In this document: positions 20,775 to 32,147 of the stretch, one piece after another | Layout of the letters: each line of letters begins with the position of its first letter | How positions within the stretch are numbered: the stretch's first letter is position 1 | Source of the DNA: Rhodospirillales bacterium | Lineage (GTDB): Bacteria; Pseudomonadota; Alphaproteobacteria; Bin95 | Direction: 5' to 3' | DNA length: 64,000 nucleotides | NCBI GenBank assembly: GCA_038143065.1 | Contig: JAYQLI010000035.1 | Location: forward strand, 1,376,894-1,440,893 | The notes under the pieces: model-generated | Told to the model about the DNA's origin: nothing | Databases searched by the model: none | The model's input: only the letters and a program-made list of their open reading frames with translations | Made by a program: the position numbers and the translations under genes

Positions 20775-21716
20775 ATGCGATTAATTTTAATAATACTACT
20801 TATTTGCTCGACGCTTGGACTTACAGCCGTAGGCTTCATACTGCTGAAAAATCGCAAACATGCTCCAGTTGTTCAAGAATCCCCAAAAACCTATGTCGTT
20901 GTGCCTAATGTCGACCTTTTGAGAGGACATGTAATAGGTGCTGGAGATTTATCTTGGATGGAATGGCCTAATGATTCAGCCAATAATTTCGTTTCATCCG
21001 AACAGAAAGACCCATTTTATTTAAGCACATTTGATGGAAGAGTTGCTCGCGTAGAAATTTCTGCAAAAACTCCCATCCTTGAGAAGAACTTTATCTCAAA
21101 GGATGCTGCAGGGGGCCTTATCTCACTCCTTTTGCAATCAGGAAAGCGCGCTTACACAATATCTGTAGAGATTGACTCCGGAGGAGCTGGATTTATTGTC
21201 CCCGGAGATTTTGTAGACATCATTTTAATTCAAAACTTACGAGATAAATTACCCAGATCCAACTCAAATTCCACTCCTACTAAGCTCACAGATCAGATTT
21301 TGAATGCGGCAGCAGAGACGCTACTGGAAAATGTTAAGGTAATCGCCGTAGGATCTAAAACCTATGTTCCAAGGACCTCATCAGATACAGAAGTTGTGCC
21401 GGTTGAAACTATAACGGTTGAGTTGGATCAGTCTGAAAGTGAGAAACTTGCCCTCGCTAAAACATTGGGATCACTGTCAGTAGTTCTGAGATCGTTATCA
21501 TCCGAATCTAATTCCAACTCAGACAGTTTTATTGCTGATACCAAGGCTTCTAAGGCCCTCAAAAAGGTAATTGAAGAAGCGCAAAAGAATGAGTCTCCAA
21601 GGCAGCCCAGTCCAACTCGGAAGAACAATCAATCCGTAAAAAAAGGTCAATTAAAATATATAGTGGCCGCAATGTATTTGAAAAAAATGTTTCATCACGG
21701 TGATGTAAGGAAATAG
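20775..21716 (+). CDS. cpaB: Flp pilus assembly protein CpaB/RcpC
   Basis: N-terminal TM, SAF domain (DLLRGHVIGAGDLSWMEWP), GKRAYTI, GGAGFIVPGDFVDIIL, ETLLENVKVIA, LSVVLRS. Confidence 0.9.
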   Translation: MRLILIILLICSTLGLTAVGFILLKNRKHAPVVQESPKTYVVVPNVDLLRGHVIGAGDLSWMEWPNDSANNFVSSEQKDPFYLSTFDGRVARVEISAKTPILEKNFISKDAAGGLISLLLQSGKRAYTISVEIDSGGAGFIVPGDFVDIILIQNLRDKLPRSNSNSTPTKLTDQILNAAAETLLENVKVIAVGSKTYVPRTSSDTEVVPVETITVELDQSESEKLALAKTLGSLSVVLRSLSSESNSNSDSFIADTKASKALKKVIEEAQKNESPRQPSPTRKNNQSVKKGQLKYIVAAMYLKKMFHHGDVRK

Positions 21717-21718
21717 TC

Positions 21719-23099
21719 GTGTATCGGTTATCAAAAACATTCGCTCTGAGCATCATCCCACTTATAATTATGACGTTTTTTGTGGCCTTCTGTCATCGCT
21801 GATCCCTCCTCAAAAGTTCAAGTTTCCTTCATCGAGGAAGAACACGCAGAAAGCTTTCAATCGAGAAAGGCTCATTTGTTAAGTTAGATTTTGGAACACC
21901 GATCAAAGATGTAAGCATTGGAGATCCTCAGATAGTGGGCGCCAATATAATCCAACCTCTTTAGATCTATTTGGTTTAGAATTTGGTTCTTCAAAAATAA
22001 CCGTGCAAGGCGAAGATGGCAAATTATTAAAAATCTTGGCTGTAGATGTCCAAAGGCCAGTGAAATTAGTTAGCAAGACGATCAAATCGCTTTTACCCAA
22101 TTCTGCAATTTTAGTTTCTAGTGTAGGGGCTTCCTTAATTCTTAATGGAAGCGTTCCGTCGGCTAGGGAAAGCCTTGATGCAGAGCGCATAGCTCGGCAG
22201 TTCGTGGATGAAGACAGCGAGATAATAAATATTCTTGAAGTTAGAGCAGTCAACAGGTTCTTCTGAAGGTAAGAATTGCAGAGATGGAACGCTCTATTTT
22301 AAAAACACTAGGAGTAGGATTAAGAGGAAACGATGGATCAGTTGGCCAATTAAACCCACTACTAGGAGGAGCTAGGGGCGTCGCAGGCGAGGCGTTTGCT
22401 ACGCTGAATGTAATTAATCCTTCTGTGGGCGTTTTTGACGATGCTCTAATTTCAGCCTTAGAAAGGGAGGGATTAGTAAAAACGCTCGCTGAACCAGCGC
22501 TCACTGCAATTTCAGGCGAAACCGCAAATTTCCTTGCTGGCGGCGAACTACCTGTGCCTTCAGGGCGTGATTCTCAAGGGAACATAAGTGTAGAATTTAA
22601 AACGTTTGGGGTTGCTCTGAGCTTTACACCAGTAGTGCTTTCAGATCAGCAGATAAGCCTGCGAATAAAAACTGAAGTCAGCAGAATAAATGAAGAACTG
22701 ACAATCACCCTTGCTGGAACGCAGATCAAAGGATTATCCGTAAGGCGCGCAGACAGCACCGTAAACCTACCGAGCGGTGGTCAAATTATGATTGCGGGGC
22801 TCTTGTCTAACGTAGACAGTTCTCAAATCGAAGGTATCCCATTTTTTAAAGAATTGCCGATTTTGGGAGCACTTTTTAGAAGCTCCCAATTTCGCGGCAA
22901 CAAAAGTGAGCTTGTAGTAATCGTCGAAAGTTATCTGGTCTCTCGCCCAGAAGACAACTCACAACTAACTACGCCACTTAGCAATTCCACTGAAATAAGT
23001 GCTTTCGATCTATTTTTTAATCAAAATCTTGATAAAAAGATCCAGCGTAGAGGGGAAGAAAATACCAGCTCTGTTAGGGACAAAATTATTGGGGAATAA
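21719..23099 (+). CDS. cpaC: Tad secretin CpaC/RcpA (BON plus secretin domain); frameshifted
   Basis: Pieces 22003..22266 (BON-like, LILNGSV) and 22284..23099 (LAEPALTAISGETANFLAGGELPVP, LPILGALFRS). Confidence 0.9.
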
Positions 23100-23100
23100 T

Positions 23101-23778
23101 ATGCACCGAATAGCATGTCTGATGGCAGTGCTTCTGGCTACATCTTGCACTGGCGATCTTACAAAAGTCAAAAACAGTGCATCAACAAATATTCCCAGTG
23201 CATCTCTTGCCTTCGATGCAAATTCTTCCTTTGGCGACATAGAAATCTTTGAAGAACAATTATTCTTTGAATCAACTGTAAGCGAAGCTGAACGATTATC
23301 GTTAATCGTCAAAAAACAGATAAGAAAAATTCCAAACAAACAATTTTTCCTCATTGACATAGAGGCCAAGCGGAAAGAGGACGCCTCCAAATTTGGAAAG
23401 ATGATTCAAAACATACTCAATCAGCAAAGAGTCAATTTTGAAATAAAAATAGGCGCCGGTTCTGATAAACCCAAGTCGCAAACAATTTCTGTATTACTCA
23501 GGTCTGCTTGGATTAAACCAAAAGATTGCTCTCACAATGTTTCACCAATCTTGGAGAAGTAGGTTGCTATCGAAGCAAAATTTGGCTGTTCGTATGCAAA
23601 TAACATTGCTGCGATGTTAGATAATCCCCGCGATGCTATCGCACCGCGCAAAGCAGAGGCGCTAAGTACTATAAGAACGATGCAAATTCTTAGAGCTTAC
23701 GTTGAAGGTAAGGCAACGGGCGCAAATCTCCCTGAAAGTGAATCAGGTGAAGCTAGCGCTGTTTCATCCTCGGAGTGA
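23101..23778 (+). CDS. cpaD: Pilus assembly lipoprotein CpaD; frameshift near 23560
   Basis: Lipobox-like LATSC. Manual translation after the shift gives FGCSYANNIAAMLDNPRDAIAPR, a CpaD C-terminal signature. Confidence 0.75.
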
Positions 23779-23811
23779 ATTTGCAAACCAGAAAATGGTA
23801 AAATCAGAATC

Positions 23812-24938
23812 ATGAAAACAACTCGATTAGGTTTTTACAGTACTTCTGAAGAGACGGCTTCTGGATTCGCTTCTGTCGCTGACGAATTTGCGCAATCATG
23901 GTATGAAATAGACTGCCTAGTTGGGAGTGTTGAGGTCTTATCAAAATCGCCTTTCAGGAGCAAACCAGAATCCGATGACCTAATTTTTTTTAGTACCTCT
24001 GCAACTGGCAATGACCTTCTAAAAGAACTCAATGCTCTTGCAGATGTGTGTAAACCAGAGTCTCAAGTATACGTGTTTTCCCCTGAACGAGATGTTTTTG
24101 TATATCGAGAAATCTTAGCAATGGGCGTTGCAGGATGTGAAAGCCTGCCGATGGACATGGAATTCATCACCAAAGCAATAAACGGTCTGTTAAATACCGA
24201 TGGACGCGGGAAACTTGTTCTTGGTGCCTCGCTCTTAGGAGTTGGTTTTTCAACCACTCTTCTCAACGTTGCGTCACGATGTGCCTATCGTATTGGGGCT
24301 GATCGCAGTGTTTCTTTAGTTGATGGTGATAATACAGCCGGAATAACAAATTTATTTATAACTCAAAGTCCAAAATCCTTCGTTCAATTTGATACCGGTT
24401 TATCAGCGGACCCATTTCAAGGCTCAGTGCTATGTGATAGCGCAAAGTACGGAAAACCTTCGAATTTTCCCCACTCCCGCGAAACTTATTGGTTCTCGTG
24501 AAATGACCGATACCTTTCTAGACGAAAACCTGACTGAAATAACAGAAAAATCAGATTACACGTTTGTCGATTTTGGGTTGTACAATAGTTTGTGGGGATG
24601 CAGAGCCATCGAATATTGCGACCACGTTTTGCTGGCGTCGCGCCCCACGCTAAACGGCGTCCGCATAATGAGAGAAGTTATCCAAAACGTGATTGAGACG
24701 CGCGGAGCAGTTGAAAAAATATCCTGCCTTTTTTAGGTCGGGGCAGGGCTAGTAAGCATGAATTAAGCCAGAAAAAATTAAAGAAATTTTACCCAACGTG
24801 AAACTCTTTGATGTTCCAGATTTTCCATCTTATTTATTTAGTAACGAAAGTTCAGGATCACTGAGGTTTCAAGGCAAACGACCCACAAATAAGTATGAAA
24901 AATCAATTGATAAGATTTGCTCAGGGGTAATGGATTAA
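23812..24938 (+). CDS. cpaE: CpaE/TadZ-like protein (degenerate receiver domain plus MinD/ParA-like domain); frameshifted
   Basis: DVFVYREILAMGV, degenerate GVGFSTTLLNVA P-loop, DYTFVDF; lies between cpaD and cpaF. Confidence 0.8.
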
Positions 24939-24951
24939 GGCGGAGGTTTAA

Positions 24952-26421
24952 ATGGCTTTTGGTAAGCGCGACGTAGATTACCCAAACCCAGCGCCTGGCA
25001 CTGAGGCGTCACCTGGGCCAGAAGGAAGTGATTCAAATCTATCTCCAAGGCCAAGTTTGAGTATCAGTAACCTGTCGCCGGATCTCAATGTACCTGAGGC
25101 CCCTAAGTCAGTCGCCTCATCGGATAACTCAAATTCCAATCTGGCGCTGAAGAAGGTGACGTTGAATTCGATAGACTCCAAGCTCTCAAGGTAAAAATAT
25201 TTGCTGATTTGATTAAAGTTGTCGATTTAACTCAATTCGTAAACGAAGACAGGGGTCAGTTGAAGAAATCATAGGCGACGCAGTTGCCGAATTAATGGCT
25301 GCTAATGGATATGACATTAGAGGCGAAGCCGAACGGGAAATTTTAGTTCGGGATATTTGTTATGATGTTTTGGGCTTTGGGCCTTTGGAACCTTTATTAG
25401 AGCGGCAAGATATCGCTGATATTATGGTTAATGGACCCGATAAGGTTTATATTGAAACAAAGGAAAAATAGAGCTCACAGGTATTAAATTCCGCGATGCT
25501 GCTCAGCTTATGAATATTTGCCAAAGAATAGTTTCTGCTGTCGGCCGCCGAGTTGATGAAGCCAATCCCATTTGTGATGCACGATTAGCTGACGGCTCCA
25601 GGGTAAACGTCATAGGTCCCCCGCTTCTTTGACGGCGCAACTCTTACAATTCGAAAATTTTCTAGTGATAAACTGCAACTTCCAGATTTGGTTAAGTTTG
25701 GATCCATTACCGAAGAAGGTAGAATTCTTTTAGAGGTCCTATCCGAATGTCGTTCCAACGTGTTAATTTCTGGAGGTACAGGCTCCGGCAAAACAACTCT
25801 TCTAAATTGCCTCACTGACTATATTCAACCCGGCGAACGGGTAATTACATGTGAAGACGCAGCTGAACTACAATTAAAAAACCCTCATGTTAGTGCGGTT
25901 AGAAACTCGCCCTCTAATCTTGAAGGAGCAGGAGCAATCACTATGAGGATTTAGTTAAAAACTGTCTACGCATGAGACCAGAACGCATCATCGTCGGCGA
26001 AGTCCGAGGACCTGAAGCTTTTGATCTACTACAAGCAATGAACACTGGTCACGACGGCTCAATGGGAACTGTTCATGCTAACAGTCCGAGGAAGCGGTCA
26101 AGGCTTAGAAAATATGATAGCAATGGGAGGCTATAATTTGCCAACCAGTGCTGTTAGAGAGCAAATTTCTGGTTCTGTAAATGTGATTGTCCAGGCCGAA
26201 CGCCTTCGTGATGGATCCCGAAAGATAACAAATATTTCAGAAATTGTCGGGATGGAAGGCGACGTTATCACCATGCAAGAGTTATTGGTTTTTAAAGTAA
26301 CGGGTGAAACAGAGATGGAAAAGTTAGTTGGAACATGAATTTTCCTCAAACAGACCGCAATTTTTGGGATAAGGCAAAGTATTTTGGATTAGAAAGCAAA
26401 CTAAATTCAATATATCAGTGA
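24952..26421 (+). CDS. cpaF: Tad pilus assembly ATPase CpaF/TadA; multiple frameshifts
   Basis: Fragments give [23 protein letters not shown], Walker [19 protein letters not shown], and [39 protein letters not shown]. Confidence 0.9.
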
Positions 26422-26439
26422 GTTTATTTTATGTACTTT

Positions 26440-27427
26440 GATGACAAACGTTACAATTATTTTTCTTATTTCTATTTTACTATTTATTTTATTTTTATTA
26501 CTTATCTCTTTATTTTTTAAATAGACAAAAATGATACAGCACTGATAGGTTAAGAAATTTAGGATTAGTGCCGATAAATAATTACAAATGATGATACGGA
26601 ATCTCAAAATTTAGCCCTACAGCGTGTTCTAAGAGCAAGATTATCGGAAATTAAAAAACTTGAAAAAGGAGGATTTCGATCAAATATAAATAATTTACTT
26701 ATTAAATCTGGTTCAACATATAAATTCCAACGTTACATAATTAATTTTCGATATTAATTTATTTTATTTCTGTGTTTGTAATATTTTTTTCTACATCCAG
26801 CCTTCTTATTTCCATATTGGCTGCAATCCTACCTGGCGTATTTGGACAGAACTTTTATTTATCTTTCAAAAATGAAACGGCGGCAAAAACAATTCACATC
26901 AGACTTTGCAGGGGCTCTTGATATTATTGTCCGAGGAGTAACCGTCGGCTTATCAATCAATGAAAGTATGAAAACTGTAGCATACGAAGCCCAAGGTCCA
27001 GTCTCTGAGGAGTTTAAGTCGGATTGTAGATAGTCAAGCAATGGGCATTGAGTTCAATGACGCAATGGCTGACGCTATCAATATCGGATGCCGACGCCAG
27101 AGTTTCGGTTTTTTTCAATTGTAATGCAAATCCAAAGACAAACTGGTGGCAGTATGGCTAAAACGCTAGCTGATCTTTCATCGTTACTAAGGGGACGCAA
27201 AGAAATGCGTGATAAAATTATGGCACTCAGTTCAGAAGCAAAATCATCAGCTAAAATTATAGGATGTTTACCGATAGGGATCGGAGGCATGCTTTATTTG
27301 GCTTTGCTCCCTGATTTTCTTGATCCATTATTAACTAGTACCGTTGGCAATTTCATGATCGGCGGCGCACTCGTCTTGATGCTAATTGGTGATTTTAGTG
27401 AAATCAATGATCAATTTTGAGATTTAA
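26440..27427 (+). CDS. tadB: Tad inner-membrane platform protein TadB (T2SSF family); frameshifted
   Basis: FAGALDIIVRGVTVGLSI, GPVSEEF, FFSIVMQIQRQTGGSMAKTL, ALSSEAKSSAKIIG. Confidence 0.85.
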
Positions 27428-27428
27428 T

Positions 27429-28358
27429 ATGGAGATTTTATTTTTAATCTTGCCTCTGCTGATATTTTGTTTTTGCTCACTATTATTGATGTTGCGTGAA
27501 AAGGATTGGCCCCAGACAGAATTAACCCTTAATTTTTAAATGCTCAAACAACAATAAAGATCAGTCCTCTGCTCCAGAAAGAACGCAAAACGGTCAAAAA
27601 ATCAAAACCTTCTATCCTTGGCAAATTTTATCTGATGATTAGAGATCAAAATGCTCAGTCGTCGCAGAGGATATCTCGACTGCTCCTCAAAGCTGGAGTA
27701 AGGGGTGACAATTCTGTGGAAGTATTCCGATTTACGCTTTGCTTAATTGCAATAGCACTAGGTGCGATTGCCTTATTAATAATGACGTTTGCTGAACAGT
27801 TAGAAGTCACTCAACCGCTGAAAACACTCATTATTTTAGCGGCTGGCGCAATTAGGTTTTATTTACCCTACCGTTTTAATGATCAACAACGCAATGAAAA
27901 GACGGGATGAAATTAAAGCTGGGTTGCCTGATATGCTAGATTTAATGGTGATTTGCATTCAAGGAGGCTTGAGCTTAGAGCCAGCATTAACACGGGTATC
28001 GAAGGAAATACGCCATTCTTATAAAGTTCTCTGAAGAGCTAACAACCCCTTAATGTAGAGCTATCACTTATCTTGGCGATCGCTTTCAGGCTTATCAAAA
28101 TTTACAGAAAGGGTTGATTTCCTGAAGTAAAATCTTTGGTTTCCAATGATGTATCAAAGTGAGAAACTTGGCACCCCTCTAGGAGTAGCATTTCAACACT
28201 AACTGAAGAAACAAGAAAAGAAAGAATGTCCATGGCTGAAAGAAAAGCCGGTTCGTTATCTTCTAAACTCACAGTCCCAATGATTTTGTTTTTTGTTCCA
28301 GCTATGTTTGTAGTTATCTAGGACCGCCAATCCAACAGATGATGGCATTGCTGGGTAA
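27429..28358 (+). CDS. tadC: Tad inner-membrane platform protein TadC (T2SSF family); frameshifted
   Basis: Manual translation gives GLPDMLDLMVICIQGGLSLEPAL, QSEKLGTPLG, and AERKAGSLSSKLTVPMILFFVPAMFVVI. Confidence 0.85.
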
Positions 28359-28985
28359 ACTCTATCGAGCTATTCAATTTTTCTAGAAGGTCAATCTATT
28401 TCTTTTTTTTAATCAATTCCATTCACTCCTCCGGTTTGTTTGTCCTTTTAGAAGTTGGACATAATCAAACATACAGCCTTCATTTTGGAGAATCCACAAC
28501 AAACATTGTTTAATTGTCCTCAGCCAGTCCTATTCTTTCCCAGTTTATTTATTGCACCTCTCAGCCAAAAAAATAGAAAGTGGATTACTTATAGTATTCG
28601 GGCTTTTTTCCAAGAAATTTTCTGCCTCGTTTTCCAACCAAAAGAAACTTTGTAAAAAATTAATGATGAAACTATCTTTGATTTTCTGGACGACCAAATC
28701 TTTGTTTTTGAATTTAAATATTCTAAGAGTGAAGTCCTATTCTTGTTTGTCTAACAGCCCGAATGTAGCCAATATGATAGTCGAGATTATCTGGATCCAA
28801 TTCTTGAAGCGGAGATATATTTAGTTGAGAATTGAAAAGTTTTCCTTGTCAGAGAGCAGCGCACGATCATTAATTATTGAAAGTAAGAGATGCTTGTGGG
28901 GTACGCTCTTGGTGGCATGCAGTAAGGATTAACAGCAAATATGTAAGCAGAGGAATAAGGCGCTGGAACAGCCAGTTTTGGAGGA
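28345..28985 (-). CDS. Probable TPR lipoprotein (TadD/CpaO-like pilotin); heavily frameshifted
   Basis: Reverse strand reads LIPLLTYLLLILTAC (lipobox) and LQELDPDNLDYHIGYIRAVRQ (TPR-like); located in the Tad locus. Confidence 0.5.
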
Positions 28986-28991
28986 GAAAAA

Positions 28992-29536
28992 ATGAGAATT
29001 CCTGCTGATTTTAGCTGTGGTGGTCGTTCATTTTGGAGTGACTGCTAGTAGGCCTGCTTGGAGTCAGAACCAGGCCTTTCTTGGTCGGTGAAGTTCGCGT
29101 CGTGAGTGTCCCATTTGACATCAAAAGTATCTTAAATGGATCAGATGCTGTTGTTAATTTAAATGTGGAAGAATCCTCGAAGAGTAATCATGACTGGGAT
29201 GGCCCAGGTAGGACCAATCTAATTATCCTTGGATCCAAAGATGAAAGAATAGATTATTCTATTTTCGTATCTCCAGATAATCGGGATCTGGTTTATTCAT
29301 AAAGGACCTTCAAACAATGTAATCTTTAGATGTGGTGATCGGTGCGAACGAGATGAGAGCGAGGAAGGAGAATCATCTCCATTGGATTCCACTCTGCCCT
29401 CAAATGATGGAAAAGCCCAACCCAACTAGAGTTTCTGGTAAGCAGCGGCTGAAGCTTTGAGGAACGTTTGATATAAAAACTATCAAACCTGCCATTCCAA
29501 ACAGAGCCTCTACGATGGCGGGGCCCCAACAATTAA
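28992..29536 (+). CDS. Pilus formation N-terminal domain protein (CpaC-related accessory, CpaI/CtpC-like); frameshifted
   Basis: RBS gaggag, signal-like N-terminus, VGEVRVVSVPFDIKSILNG, GPGRTNLIILG, and FRCGDRC C-x3-C motif. Confidence 0.6.
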
Positions 29537-29569
29537 AAATCGTGATTAGTAACAGTTTTTGTAATGCGT

Positions 29570-29808
29570 TACAATTTTTCGCAGACCAGTAGATACAGAA
29601 CTGGCAGCATCTTTAAGTTAATTTCCTAAAGGAAGCGGTAACAACACTGATAAGGTAAAATATTTTCCTTCTGAAACTAAAATTAGTATTATGGACGAGA
29701 TTACTTTCCTATAATTAGAATATTCAACTGTCGTGGTATCCAGCTAAAAAATTTTTTAGTCGCTCTAATAATACAGGTAGAGGCGATCACCAAGCCAACT
29801 CGCCCCAT
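29570..29808 (-). pseudogene. Second, degenerate Flp pilin-like gene
   Basis: Reverse strand has KKFF followed, in another frame, by DTTTVEYS and a hydrophobic ISSIILILVS segment. This resembles the Flp motif but is broken by indels. Confidence 0.45.
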
Positions 29809-29809
29809 A

Positions 29810-30007
29810 TCTAATTTTTAGCACAAGCTGGTACCGCTGTTGCTACCCACCAAAACGTATTGGTCAGGTTAGTAATCTGAGCCACCAATTAAAACGTATT
29901 GCAATTCAATGATCACGACCTTCAATCCCCGCAATTATGAGCACATACTCAACTGCGGTAGCGCCGTCTTCATTACGGGCAAACTTAGAAGTAATAGCTT
30001 TCAACAT
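29810..30007 (-). CDS. flp: Flp family type IVc (IVb) pilin; 3' half garbled
   Basis: MLKAITSKFARNEDG/ATAVEYVLIIAGI contains the prepilin cleavage site and Flp E5-Y6 motif; RBS aggggg upstream. Not in the ORF track. Confidence 0.88.
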
Positions 30008-30099
30008 CTTGAGGTCCCCCTAAAAACTACGACTATAAATAGCCTGTCGTAGGTTATACCAATTAAAAACAACTATTCTAATGACCAACCATTAGATCA

Positions 30100-30576
30100 A
30101 TGAATGGTTCTAGATCCCAAATGATAATTGCCAAAGTGAAACGAAAATCACAAAACTTTTTAAAGAAACAAAATGGCGGGATCGCTGTTGAATTCGTTTT
30201 GCTTGTCCCTTTAATTTTGATGGTTTTAGTACTCATTGCGGACTTTGGTTCTTATCTACTCAAGAAGCAAATCTTTCATCTGTAACACGTGGTGTCATAA
30301 CATTGGTTAGCAACTCCCAAACGTTGCTGTCAATCAGCCTCAATTACTTGTTTATGCTCAAAATTCCCTCGGCCCCTCAGCAAAAAATGTGTCCTTAATG
30401 TAACATCAATTTGTAGTTTAATGGCGCTGCAAACCAACTGTGCAAATATTGCAATGGCAGCCCATCAAGAATGAGGTTGAAGCAATCTATCATATGATCA
30501 TACACTGATGTTTCCTTACCCAGGACTTGGACAAACTCTCCAAATAAGCGACAACCTTATCTTCCGCGTAAGGTGA
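30100..30576 (+). CDS. tadE: TadE-like minor pilin; frameshifted
   Basis: KQNG/GIAVEFVLLVPLILMVLVLIADFG. Confidence 0.8.
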
Positions 30577-30585
30577 GTGAAAGAA

Positions 30586-31010
30586 TTGAAATCGTTGTCA
30601 AAAACTAATATTTTTGTTTCTGAAAAAATGATCATGGGGCGGCCGCTGTTGAATTTGTGTTAATAGCCCCATTGTTTATTGCCATTATGATTGGTGGGGT
30701 TGATTAGGTCGTTACCTATTTCTCCAACATGAACTTAATTCTGCAGTTCAAGAGGCCGGGCGCTTCGCAATGATACGTGGGTCTTCAGCGGCTACTCCGG
30801 CCACTCCAAATGATGTAATAAACTTTGCTGTTCAGCTATTACAATTTAACAACCGCAATAACATAACATTTACGGTAACATATGCGCCTAATAACTCCAG
30901 AGGCAGTACCCTGAGAGTCGAGGCCAAGCCAATTTTCAAATCATTGGAGGATTGCTCGCTTCTAGTGGACTAACGCTTGATGCAACCTCCATTAATATAA
31001 TGGTCAATTA
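30586..31010 (+). CDS. Second TadE/TadF-like minor pilin; frameshifted
   Basis: HG/AAAVEFVLIAPLFIAIMIGGVD...HELNSAVQEAGRFAMIRG. Confidence 0.8.
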
Positions 31011-31462
31011 ACTCAAATTCTTCACGAAAATTAATGACGAGATAATCCCAGGTGCAAAAGGATCTTAGCTTTCTAAATTCTGAGAAATCAAGGATTGGAT
31101 GCATCTGATTTTTTGAAATGCCATAAAAATAGCCCAGATTACTCCGAAAATGAACGAAGCTGACAGAAAATATAAAATCGAGGTATATCGATAAAGAATA
31201 CTAAGCAGCCATTAATTTTGCATCACCAGCACCCCAAATTTTTTGGCGAATAGGTAAAACCCTACGGCAAGTACTGAAAAAAGAAATGATTAAATAATAA
31301 AACAACATGTAATTGTTTATCATTCACCAATATATACATAAATCTAAGATGAATATAGAATACAGAACACCAATTAGGTATTTTGTAATACTTTAAATCA
31401 TAAAATAATATATATAAAAATATTAAAACCGAACATCCGAATATAATTACACTTTCTTGCAT
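31007..31462 (-). CDS. cpaA: Prepilin peptidase CpaA/TadV (A24 family); frameshifted
   Basis: YDLKYYKIPNW, and the reverse strand reads IWGAGDAKL, carrying the catalytic GxGD. Confidence 0.8.
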
Positions 31463-31502
31463 AAATATTTAACTATTACCAAGATTTTTTAATGAAAATA
31501 AA

Positions 31503-32143
31503 TCTAATATAATTAAATCTTTATTACGCCTTATTATAATTCCGTCATGCATCAATTGGCCTAATATCGAACTAACAAATGATTTGAGGTCCCTGTCCAG
31601 GCTGCTATCTCATCATGCTTCGGCGAGGGACTGATCAGCCATTGCCCAGGATTAAGGCTTGAGGCTCTCACTAACCTTATAAGCTGCTGAATAACGCGAA
31701 TTCGTTGGAGTTGTGGTGGAAAAATCTTCAAGACGCTGGTTGGTTTGACGCAATCTTGCCGTGAAGAGTTTTAACAGCCGAAGCGTTAATTGAGGCTCAT
31801 TAGCCAGAAGGCGCTCAAAGTCTGTTTGCTTTAGCTCTGCGATCTCCCCAGGCGTCCTGCATCTAACATCCGCAGATCGTGGCAAGCCATCTATCGCGGA
31901 CATTTCACCAAAAAATTCATTTTTCCCCAATATCTGCATATCTCAGGTCTTGATCTTCATTGATCATAGTTTCTACTGAATATGTACCAGAGACTGTGAA
32001 AAGAAGTTTTTTTAGTTTCTTCTTCCCGCGTAGTTACCAAGTCATTTTTTGCTTAAACATTTTGAATTCGCAAGTCTCTCCACATGATCGACAACACTCT
32101 CTGGCAAGCCAATCAGCAGATTGTTGTTAGCAAGTTTCATCAT
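31503..32143 (-). CDS. Crp/Fnr family transcriptional regulator (cNMP-binding plus HTH); frameshifted
   Basis: FFGEMSAIDGLPRSADV cyclic-nucleotide-binding motif, RLRQTN C-helix, and downstream HDEIAAWTGT HTH fragment. Confidence 0.82.
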
Positions 32144-32147
32144 CACC

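Noticed and set aside
30008-30100. CtrA boxes (TTAA-N7-TTAA) at pilin or tadG promoters
   Set aside because: Only half-sites in AT-rich DNA; no full consensus.
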